From a virus (Duplodnaviria > Caudoviricetes), in the IMG/VR virus record IMGVR_UViG_3300002026_000146, positions 6,919 to 70,918 of that record: a stretch of 64,000 nucleotides of DNA, one strand, 5' to 3'. Position 1 is the stretch's first letter, and every line of letters starts with the position of its first letter. The notes beneath the pieces are model-generated. The model was not told the origin of the DNA, ran no database searches, and saw only the letters and a list, made by a program, of their open reading frames with translations. The position numbers and the translations under genes are program-made. Positions 57,328-64,000 of the stretch are shown piece by piece.

Positions 57328-57555
57328 ATGACTAACTCAGTTCGTAAATGGTATCTAACAGAAGCGCTGGTGTCATACCGGCGGCTCCTGTCCGTTCTTC
57401 CTGAGTTGAAGTTGGAAGAAGTAATGGCTGCTCTCAATCTTGAGAGCGCCACACAAAGGCGTCGTTCCTTAATCGACAAACTCATCTCTCGGGCAGTTCA
57501 GCTCGAAGGGATAACACTAACCAAAGCACTCTCGGAGAAATATCACCATGGCTAA
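57328..57555 (+). CDS. Hypothetical protein
   Basis: 75 aa; coupled to the next gene. Confidence 0.6.
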   Translation: MTNSVRKWYLTEALVSYRRLLSVLPELKLEEVMAALNLESATQRRRSLIDKLISRAVQLEGITLTKALSEKYHHG

Positions 57556-58000
57556 AGCCCCAAAGTCCCTCACCGCCGCTGAGAAAAAAGCAGCACTCGC
57601 CAACATCAAGCTGGCTACCAAAAACCACTCGGAGAACGTCAAGTCGATCTCCGCTGCGCTGAAAGAAGTCGAAAAGGCTCGCGCTCAGGTCGCCAAGGAG
57701 AACGCAGCCAAAGCGAAAGTGCTGGCTGCACAAGTGGCTGCTGCCAAGAAAGCCGCTGACGCGATGGTCGCCGCTGCATTCAAGACAGCGGACGCTGAGA
57801 CCAAGGCATTCAACGCGGCGATGGCCAAGGCCGACAAGGAGCTGGCTGCTGCAACTGCCAAGGCTGAGAAGGCCAAGGCAGCAGCTGAGATCGGCGCTGC
57901 CAAGCTGGCCGCACAGGCTGCAGCACTGGAGGCGGCACCTGTCGCTCCTGCAGCTAAAGCAGCCAAGGTCACAGCTGCACCTGAAACCGCAGCGGCCTAA
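57548..58000 (+). CDS. Ala/Lys-rich, histone H1-like low-complexity protein
   Basis: Composition dominated by A and K; GGAG RBS. Confidence 0.65.
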   Translation: MAKAPKSLTAAEKKAALANIKLATKNHSENVKSISAALKEVEKARAQVAKENAAKAKVLAAQVAAAKKAADAMVAAAFKTADAETKAFNAAMAKADKELAAATAKAEKAKAAAEIGAAKLAAQAAALEAAPVAPAAKAAKVTAAPETAAA

Positions 58001-58006
58001 ACGAAA

Positions 58007-58040
58007 CCCACGCCCACGCCCTCGTCAGCGTGGGCGTGGG
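58007..58040 (+). terminator. 13-bp GC stem-loop
   Basis: CCCACGCCCACGC...GCGTGGGCGTGGG after the stop codon. Confidence 0.55.
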
Positions 58041-58066
58041 CATCTTAATAAAAACAGAAGGACGAA

Positions 58067-58615
58067 ATGAAACACATCATGCTGGATTTAGAAACCCTCG
58101 GCACTGCTGCTGATGCGGTCATCCTGAGTATTGGAGCCGTGCGCTTCGATCTCGACACTAATCAGATCGACGACGCCGGCTTCTACGCCAGCGTGTCCGT
58201 TGACTCGAATCTGGATGCCAAGCGGCGCATTCAGGAAAGCACCTTGATCTGGTGGCTCCAACAAGGAGCGGCGGCCCAAGGTGTGTTTCATGAGACGAAG
58301 CAGGCGCTACGCACTGCACTTGTTGATTTGTCCGACTGGATCAGGAACAAAGAGTGCACCGTATGGAGCAACGGGGCAGACTTCGATCTGCCTATGCTGG
58401 CGCATGCGTACATCTCGTTGGGCATCGAGGTACCTTGGCACTTCTGGAACAGCCGCTGCTTCAGAACGTACAAAAACCTGCCCGGTGCCAAGGCAATCAA
58501 GGTGCCGTTCGACGGGGTCAAGCACAACGCGCTGTTTGATGCTGTTCATCAAGCTAAGCACGTGCAGGCAATCCACGCTGCACTGTTTGGCAAAAAAGTT
58601 AAGGCACCCGTATGA
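58067..58615 (+). CDS. DEDD 3'-5' exo(ribo)nuclease
   Basis: MLDLETLG, WSNGADFD, HNALFDA. Confidence 0.85.
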   Translation: MKHIMLDLETLGTAADAVILSIGAVRFDLDTNQIDDAGFYASVSVDSNLDAKRRIQESTLIWWLQQGAAAQGVFHETKQALRTALVDLSDWIRNKECTVWSNGADFDLPMLAHAYISLGIEVPWHFWNSRCFRTYKNLPGAKAIKVPFDGVKHNALFDAVHQAKHVQAIHAALFGKKVKAPV

Positions 58616-58743
58616 GCGATAAAGACCTATTGATTGCCCTGACGTTGGCAGCACTTAGCAACGAACGCATAGTGCTTGATAACGTCGTAGGGGCAGCACG
58701 GCAGATTTTGTTTGAACTAAAAGAGGAACTTGAAACACTATGA
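58612..58743 (+). CDS. Hypothetical protein, 43 aa
   Basis: Manual translation; ATGA overlaps at both ends. Confidence 0.45.
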   Translation: MSDKDLLIALTLAALSNERIVLDNVVGAARQILFELKEELETL

Positions 58744-59111
58744 GCAACATCGATGCAACCCTGGAAGAACGCGGCCAACGCTACGGCGAGTTCACCGAAC
58801 ACGCTGAGATCACGCAGAACATTAAAGAAGCCATGAAGGGTGGCAACAACTGGGACAGCCTCTGCTACGACCAAGTTGAATGTCTGGAGATGATCGCCCA
58901 CAAGATCGGACGTATCCTCAACGGTGACCCGAACTATGTGGACAGCTGGACGGACATCATCGGCTACACCCGTCTGGTGGAGAAGCGCTTGATCGCTATG
59001 GCTGCCGAAGCCGACGTGCCCTGTACCGACCCACGCTGCCCTGAACATAACCCCGCCATCCGCGAGGCAATCGAAGTCTTGCGCAAAGCTGGCGTCATTG
59101 TCCACTCCTGA
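58740..59111 (+). CDS. DUF6378-like phage protein
   Basis: LEERGQRYGEF...MIAHKIGRILNGDPNYVDSWTDIIGY. Confidence 0.75.
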   Translation: MSNIDATLEERGQRYGEFTEHAEITQNIKEAMKGGNNWDSLCYDQVECLEMIAHKIGRILNGDPNYVDSWTDIIGYTRLVEKRLIAMAAEADVPCTDPRCPEHNPAIREAIEVLRKAGVIVHS

Positions 59112-59490
59112 AAACACATTCATCGCTTCAGTTCATCGGCACCTGCCGCATGAGCTGTACCGTATGAAAAACCACAACCAATACAACGGTGGTATTCCCG
59201 ATGTCTGGTATAGCGGCCCTGCGGGCGATGTGTGGATTGAGTATAAATTTGTCGCGCTTCCCAAGCGCGAAGCAACCACGGTCAAGATCGACCTCTCCGA
59301 ACTTCAGAAGAATTGGCTTATGACCAGACACTCAGAAGGTCGGAGGGTTGGAGTGATCGTCGGCTGCATAGAAGGTGGTGTGTGGATGCCCGGGCTAACT
59401 TGGCAAGTTCCTTACACCGTGACTTCATTCCGCAAATCGATTGCGCTACGAAACGCATTAGCTACTATCATTGCGGACATGACAACCTAG
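59098..59490 (+). CDS. VRR-NUC/Holliday-resolvase-like nuclease
   Basis: GGIPDV...WIEYK...LSELQKNW. Confidence 0.75.
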   Translation: MSTPENTFIASVHRHLPHELYRMKNHNQYNGGIPDVWYSGPAGDVWIEYKFVALPKREATTVKIDLSELQKNWLMTRHSEGRRVGVIVGCIEGGVWMPGLTWQVPYTVTSFRKSIALRNALATIIADMTT

Positions 59491-59683
59491 TCAATACCGG
59501 CTAGGAGGGGAGCTGAGTTTGATCGAACTTTATTAGAGGTATTGAACGGTCACGCCTTGGAGGGGTCTCGGCTCTCTGAACAAAATCGCTAGGAATCATC
59601 TTCGTCTCAACGCCGGACTAAACCGAGGGCGACCGCGAAAGGTTCCGAATTCTTCATTTAAGGATTTTCACGAGCACTACATC

Positions 59684-60070
59684 ATGAGAAACGACGAATC
59701 AGGTTTGTTCCCCGCCCTAGAAGCCGCACTGCGTGCGGCCGATGGGCCAATGGACGCCAATGATCTTTATGACCTCCCCGCAGTCAAAGAATATGCTGCA
59801 TCCATGAACAGAGTTTCCGACTACCTCGGCAACCTCTGGCGAAAAGGATACGTCACTCGATCTCCTGCCCCTAAAGGGCGAGATAGCAGGTGCCTCTGGT
59901 ACTACGAGTGGAAAGGGAACAAAGGCCCGAAGATTTACGATCATGCCTTGGAGTTCACCCCCAAGGTAATCGCTGACAGACCCAGCGTGTTGATCACTGA
60001 GGAGGGCAGCGTCATGACGCTGGAGTTCCCTAACCTCGTCATCGTTATCAAGCAAAAACCCAAGCAATAA
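59684..60070 (+). CDS. Putative winged-helix DNA-binding protein
   Basis: GPMDANDLY...VSDYLGNLWRKGYV. Confidence 0.55.
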   Translation: MRNDESGLFPALEAALRAADGPMDANDLYDLPAVKEYAASMNRVSDYLGNLWRKGYVTRSPAPKGRDSRCLWYYEWKGNKGPKIYDHALEFTPKVIADRPSVLITEEGSVMTLEFPNLVIVIKQKPKQ

Positions 60071-60071
60071 A

Positions 60072-60110
60072 CCGGAAGATGTTCGGCCCTTCGGGGCCAC
60101 CATCTTCCGG
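60072..60110 (+). terminator. Extended hairpin with a UUCG tetraloop
   Basis: CCGGAAGATG..GGCCC-TTCG-GGGCC..CATCTTCCGG. Confidence 0.55.
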
Positions 60111-60115
60111 CTCCA

Positions 60116-60133
60116 TCTAACATCTAAGCACGA
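60116..60133 (+). promoter_or_regulatory. 18-bp motif copy upstream of the ligase
   Basis: TCTAACATCTAAGCACGA, 7 nt before ATG 60141. Confidence 0.6.
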
Positions 60134-60140
60134 TCTAACC

Positions 60141-61031
60141 ATGTTCAAACCGACCCTCGCAGTAGCAGCTGACTTCGGCAAGATTCAGTACCCGGTTTAC
60201 GCCTCCCCAAAACTTGACGGCATCCGATGTTCCATCGTCAACGGCAAAGCACTGAGCCGGACGTTGAAGGCGATCCCGAACAAACACATATTCAGTCAGC
60301 TCAGCAATCAGCGGATCAATGGGCTGGATGGTGAGCTGATCATAGGTAGCCCCACCAGCAAGACGTGCTACACCGAGTCAGTCTCGGGCGTGATGCGCCA
60401 CGAAGGCGAGCCGGACTATACCTACTACGTGTTCGACGCGCACGACATCCCGAACGCTACCTACCGTCATCGCTTTGACTGCCTGATGGATAACCTCAGC
60501 GAAGGTGGATGGATTGGATTTCCACAAATCCGCCTGCTCGAACAAAACCTTCTGGCCAACGAAGATGACATGCTGGCGTACGAGGCCGAGAAGGTGACCG
60601 AAGGCTACGAGGGCATCATCCTGCGCTCGCCCGAGGCACCCTACAAGTTCGGGCGCTCCACGGTTAAGGAAGGGTATTTACTAAAAGTCAAACGGTTCGA
60701 AGATTCTGAGGCCGAGATCATTGGCTTCGAAGAGGAGCAGTTCAATGGAAACGAGGCACTTACTAATGAATTGGGCCGCACAAAGAGAAGCACTGCGGCT
60801 GCGGGCCTCGTGGGTAAGGGGACACTTGGAGCATTTCAGGTCCGAGACCGAGTTTCCGGCATCAAGTTCTCAATTGGAACTGGACTTACAGCCGCGCAGC
60901 GAGAGTCCTACTGGGGAACGCGTGACGGATTGGTCGGCAGCCTAATCAAGTACAAGTTCTTCCCTGTCGGTGTGAAGGTGGCTCCACGTCACCCCGTGTT
61001 CCTGGGCTTCAGAGATACGGCGGACATGTGA
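60141..61031 (+). CDS. lig: ATP-dependent DNA ligase
   Basis: SPKLDG, LDGEL, VFD, EGIILR, LLKVK. Confidence 0.92.
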   Translation: MFKPTLAVAADFGKIQYPVYASPKLDGIRCSIVNGKALSRTLKAIPNKHIFSQLSNQRINGLDGELIIGSPTSKTCYTESVSGVMRHEGEPDYTYYVFDAHDIPNATYRHRFDCLMDNLSEGGWIGFPQIRLLEQNLLANEDDMLAYEAEKVTEGYEGIILRSPEAPYKFGRSTVKEGYLLKVKRFEDSEAEIIGFEEEQFNGNEALTNELGRTKRSTAAAGLVGKGTLGAFQVRDRVSGIKFSIGTGLTAAQRESYWGTRDGLVGSLIKYKFFPVGVKVAPRHPVFLGFRDTADM

Positions 61032-61363
61032 CCGCCGCTCTGCGTGACGCCGGTGCCGAAGCGGCACTCGCACATGCTGGCGAAGCATGGCGCGGATTGG
61101 CCGAATACTTCGTATATCGCTACTTGCTGCATGTGGGCAACGGCGGTTGTCTGTTTGAGGAGGCCCGCGCATTTGCCGAGGGCTGCTTCAAAAGTACACC
61201 ACCTAGCCCTAATGCATGGGGAGCGCTGGCGCTGCACATGTCGTCATCCGGCAGCATCGAGCGTACTGGTGAGCGTCAACGCAGTGCTGCGTTCGCCACC
61301 AATCATGCTCGCGATGCCGCAGTGTGGCGTATCAAACCGGGCGGACATGTTCCGACGCTATGA
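61028..61363 (+). CDS. Hypothetical protein
   Basis: 111 aa; coupled overlaps. Confidence 0.55.
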   Translation: MTAALRDAGAEAALAHAGEAWRGLAEYFVYRYLLHVGNGGCLFEEARAFAEGCFKSTPPSPNAWGALALHMSSSGSIERTGERQRSAAFATNHARDAAVWRIKPGGHVPTL

Positions 61364-61662
61364 CCATCTCCATCGTCCTCACTGCAGAACAGGCAGCTGC
61401 GTTTCTGCAAGTTCACAAATCAACTGTCCAAGCACTGGCCCGTTCGGGCGCACTACCCGCACGCAAGATCGGCCGTGAGTGGCGTTTCCTCGAATCGGAA
61501 TTGCTATGTCACTTTACAAGAAACCAGACAGCGACGTCTGGTGGCTCAGCATCACCCACAACGGCGGGCGGGTACGTGAGTCGACTGGAGAGCGCGTTAA
61601 AGCAGCGGCGCAAAGAGTCCATGACCTCCGCAAAGCGGACCTTCACCGCCAGCCCGTCCTGA
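61360..61662 (+). CDS. xis: Excisionase-family HTH protein
   Basis: LTAEQAAAFLQVHKSTV..LARSG.LPARKIGREWRF. Confidence 0.8.
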   Translation: MTISIVLTAEQAAAFLQVHKSTVQALARSGALPARKIGREWRFLESELLCHFTRNQTATSGGSASPTTAGGYVSRLESALKQRRKESMTSAKRTFTASPS

Positions 61663-62498
61663 AGGGCAAGAAGTGGAGCGACGCGGTTGACCGCTGGCTG
61701 ACCGTGAAGAACCCGTCAGCCGACGAGATCGCCAGCATGATCCACTTCGGCCGACACTACCCTGACCGCCTGCTGACGAGTGTGACCGCCGACTCCATCG
61801 ACAAGGCCATCAGCCGCATGACTGGTGTGCCCACCACATACAACCGCCACCGTGCGCGGATCAGTGGTGTGCTGCACCTGAACAAGATGAACATTGATCT
61901 GGACAAACGTGCCGAGGGTATCAAGCCCGAGCGCATGTGGCTGCGCCCAGATCAGTGTGCCAAACTGATCGCCGAGTTGCCTGCCCATCAGAAGCTGTGG
62001 GTGCGCTTCGCTGTGGCCACCGGCCTGCGTCAAGCCAACCAGTTCAAGCTGACTTGGGACAAGGTCGACTTCGAGCGCAAGTATTGCTGGATTGAGCGGG
62101 ACACCGCCAAGGGCAAGAAGTCATTCACCGTACCACTCAACAAGGAAGCCATAGATGTACTCACGACCGTACTCGGGGACCACCCTCAGTTCTGCTTTAC
62201 GTTCAAGGGCAAACCGATCAGCGAGATCAAGACCGCCTTTCAAAAGGCGTGTGTCCGAGCAGGATTGGGAACAGTTGCAATCGACGAAGAAGGCCACCGT
62301 AGTTATGACGGCTTTGTTTGGCACGGACTCCGGCACACCTGGGCTACCTGGCATGTACAGGCCGGGACGCCACTTGACGTCCTCCAAAAGCTAGGAGCTT
62401 GGTCGGACTACCGGATGGTGCTGATCTATGCCCACCACGCGCCGAGCTATCTGGCTGGGTTCGTGGACAACGTGACACCAAAGGATGATGAAGAATGA
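61506..62498 (+). CDS. int: Tyrosine integrase
   Basis: TGLRQAN (R), HGLRH (HxxR), LGAWS, IYAH (Y); start MSLYKK. Confidence 0.92.
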   Translation: MSLYKKPDSDVWWLSITHNGGRVRESTGERVKAAAQRVHDLRKADLHRQPVLKGKKWSDAVDRWLTVKNPSADEIASMIHFGRHYPDRLLTSVTADSIDKAISRMTGVPTTYNRHRARISGVLHLNKMNIDLDKRAEGIKPERMWLRPDQCAKLIAELPAHQKLWVRFAVATGLRQANQFKLTWDKVDFERKYCWIERDTAKGKKSFTVPLNKEAIDVLTTVLGDHPQFCFTFKGKPISEIKTAFQKACVRAGLGTVAIDEEGHRSYDGFVWHGLRHTWATWHVQAGTPLDVLQKLGAWSDYRMVLIYAHHAPSYLAGFVDNVTPKDDEE

Positions 62499-62668
62499 CC
62501 GAAGAACAAGACCCACGAGACGCAGTTATCGCTCAGCTCTCAGTAACGAACGAGCAGCTACGGCGTGAGTTGACCCGCCAAGTTGCGCTGGCCGGGGACA
62601 TCACCCATTACCTCGACCAGATCGCAAAGAAGGTGAAAGATTTTGGGCACTACTACCCGATGGGGTGA
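62495..62668 (+). CDS. Hypothetical protein, 57 aa
   Basis: Manual translation MTEEQDPRD... Confidence 0.5.
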   Translation: MTEEQDPRDAVIAQLSVTNEQLRRELTRQVALAGDITHYLDQIAKKVKDFGHYYPMG

Positions 62669-62689
62669 CCGTGACCAAAAACCGTGACT
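62669..62689 (+). promoter_or_regulatory. Putative integrase arm-type sites, left pair
   Basis: CCGTGACC and CCGTGACT, 13-bp period. Confidence 0.55.
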
Positions 62690-62759
62690 ATCTAACACCA
62701 TCGAACACGTTCTAACGCACTCCCGATGACCGCATTAGATGCCGCCCCACAAATGAAAA

Positions 62760-62795
62760 AGCGCTGGAACCCGCGTATTTGCTTGTTCCAGCGCT
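62760..62795 (-). terminator. Intrinsic terminator after the tRNA 3' fragment
   Basis: AGCGCTGGAAC/GTTCCAGCGCT stem followed by a T run on the minus strand. Confidence 0.7.
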
Positions 62796-62803
62796 ATCAT
62801 TTT

Positions 62804-62853
62804 TGGTGGGCAGTACAAGTTTCGAACTTGTGACCCCTGCAGTGTGAATGCAG
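62804..62853 (-). mobile_element. attP core: 3' 50 nt of tRNA-Val(CAC)
   Basis: Minus strand CTGCA-TTCACAC-TGCAG GGGTC ACAAG-TTCGAAA-CTTGT ACTGCCC-A-CCA; no D arm or 5' half. Confidence 0.85.
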
Positions 62854-62896
62854 ATGCCCAGTCTCGGAAGCTCCTATCCATGCGGGTTTCAGCGCA

Positions 62897-62917
62897 CCGT
62901 GACATGAAAACGTGACC
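62897..62917 (+). promoter_or_regulatory. Putative integrase arm-type sites, right pair
   Basis: CCGTGACA and ACGTGACC, 13-bp period. Confidence 0.55.
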
Positions 62918-62944
62918 AGTATAACTTAGAGAAAGACGCTCGCA

Positions 62945-63118
62945 ATGGAATACCGCGTCATGTGGCTGATCGATATTGAGGCAGAGTCCTTCATCGAGGC
63001 AGCCATGAAGGCCCAAGAAATTCAGAGAGACCCCAAGAGCCTCGCTACTGTGTTCACGGTAGTCGATCCCGAAAACAACGGCGCTACGGTCGATTTAGAC
63101 CCCGCCTTGAGGCATTGA
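62945..63118 (+). CDS. Hypothetical protein, 57 aa
   Basis: Manual translation MEYRVMWLIDIEAESFIEAA... Confidence 0.55.
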   Translation: MEYRVMWLIDIEAESFIEAAMKAQEIQRDPKSLATVFTVVDPENNGATVDLDPALRH

Positions 63119-63178
63119 TTTAGAACCCCGGGGTTCTAAATCAGAACCCCGGGGTTCTAAATCAGAACCCCGGGGTTT
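63119..63178. repeat. 21-bp tandem repeat of a palindrome (about 2.7 copies)
   Basis: AGAACCCCGGGGTTCTAAATC at 63122, 63143 and a partial copy at 63164. Confidence 0.9.
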
Positions 63179-63243
63179 ATACCCCGTTCATACCCCGTTT
63201 TTACCCCGTTTTTACCCCGTTTTTACCCCGTTTTTACCCCGTC
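63179..63243. repeat. Six 11-bp tandem repeats, consensus TTACCCCGTTT
   Basis: Units start at 63179, 63190, 63201, 63212, 63223 and 63234. Confidence 0.9.
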
Positions 63244-63277
63244 AGCTAGCTGACCCCTTTAACCTAGAAAGAGAACC

Positions 63278-63484
63278 ATGCAAATCTACAAGACCATCTC
63301 CGTCGACACCAACATCCCAGTGACACGCCCGGACATCGTGAGCTGGCAGGCTTCACAGACTGAAGCCAGCAAAGCACGCACCGCTGCTAAAGCAGACAAG
63401 CGCAAGGCTGAGACACGTACCGTCAACATCCCGACGGCCAAGGGTCCACTGATTGAGTGGTTGAACGCGAATGTGACGGCGTAG
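63278..63484 (+). CDS. Hypothetical protein, 68 aa
   Basis: ORF track; purine-rich leader. Confidence 0.55.
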   Translation: MQIYKTISVDTNIPVTRPDIVSWQASQTEASKARTAAKADKRKAETRTVNIPTAKGPLIEWLNANVTA

Positions 63485-63514
63485 AATGTTTGAACAATAA
63501 CTGAAGGGATACAC

Positions 63515-63763
63515 ATGGGGCTTTACATACTCGCTGCCGTCTTGTATGCGGTCGCCTTCGTGCTCGGGCATCAAGGGAACGGGGATGGCGTAGAAATACC
63601 CGGTGCTCTGTTTATGTTTGTCCTCGGCTTCGCAGTCCTCCGCACTATCTGGCGAACCTTTAACTCAGGAGCCGCTGCACGGACTGCAGGAGAGGCCGCC
63701 GCCAAAGTTGCTAACCAGGCGGATACTTTCAAAGAAGCCTTCAGAGAAGGCCGAAACAAATAA
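63515..63763 (+). CDS. Two-TM membrane protein
   Basis: Two hydrophobic helices. Confidence 0.6.
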   Translation: MGLYILAAVLYAVAFVLGHQGNGDGVEIPGALFMFVLGFAVLRTIWRTFNSGAAARTAGEAAAKVANQADTFKEAFREGRNK

Positions 63764-63768
63764 ACCCA

Positions 63769-64000
63769 ATGCGCTCAAACTTCCTACTCGGGCAACTTCG
63801 GCTCACCGACGAAGCCCGCATCAAACTTCAGCGGCTACCCATGGACTTGATTGCACGCCACGCAGTCAATGACCACGGAAACATCACAACCGATGAGGCC
63901 AACCAAAATAATCTGTCGATGAAAGTGCTGGGCAGAGTCATCTCCCGGTACAAAGTCGACCCCACCAACAAGCGCTCGGGCAACGTCCTCGTCGTCACCA
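63769..64000 (+). CDS. Mobile-element hypothetical protein, truncated by the right edge
   Basis: Manual translation MRSNFLLGQLRLT...IARHAVNDHG...GRVISRY; open to the window end. Confidence 0.55.
   Translation, partial: MRSNFLLGQLRLTDEARIKLQRLPMDLIARHAVNDHGNITTDEANQNNLSMKVLGRVISRYKVDPTNKRSGNVLVVT

Noticed and set aside
37073-59123. Long minus-strand ORFs in the early/replication arm, e.g. 53609..54886 and 51995..52990
   Set aside because: They are antisense shadows of polymerase, helicase and others.
61506-61662. The 157-nt xis/int overlap as a programmed frameshift
   Set aside because: Both domains are complete in their own frames, int has its own ATG, and xis/int overlaps are common.
62804-62853. 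A complete tRNA-Val gene
   Set aside because: Only the anticodon arm to CCA is present; the D arm and 5' acceptor strand are missing, so it is treated as the attP core.
63119-63243. CRISPR array
   Set aside because: The repeats are directly tandem with no unique spacers, and there is no cas operon.

Overview
The whole window is one GC-rich, temperate, tailed dsDNA phage (podovirus-like, N4-gp56-type capsid) in its free form: attP is intact and no host DNA is visible. It has two divergent arms that split at about 33.6-33.9 kb. The minus arm (33.6 kb to the left edge) carries terminase, portal, scaffold, a membrane/lysis cluster, capsid, two adaptor paralogs, many tail/appendage genes and putative ejection proteins. 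It ends in a giant ORF of more than 1096 codons that runs off the left edge and is absent from the ORF track. The plus arm carries small early genes, a primase-helicase, a MoxR/vWA-peptidase module, nuclease, SNF2 helicase, family A polymerase, SSB-like protein, ligase, excisionase, tyrosine integrase and an attP matching the 3' half of tRNA-Val(CAC). The most notable observations: (1) an 18-bp motif TCTAACRTCTAASTTAGA in at least 14 copies, always oriented with transcription and mostly 4-21 nt before start codons; (2) a stand-alone CheY-like receiver with all catalytic residues inside the lysis/membrane cluster; (3) adjacent Tad1-like and Tad2-like sponge genes between portal and scaffold; (4) repeated and covarying hairpins, a clean H-type pseudoknot and helically phased repeat arrays; (5) a probable frameshifted virion gene and paralog expansions in the tail region. 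All family assignments come from motif recognition by eye; no database searches were run.
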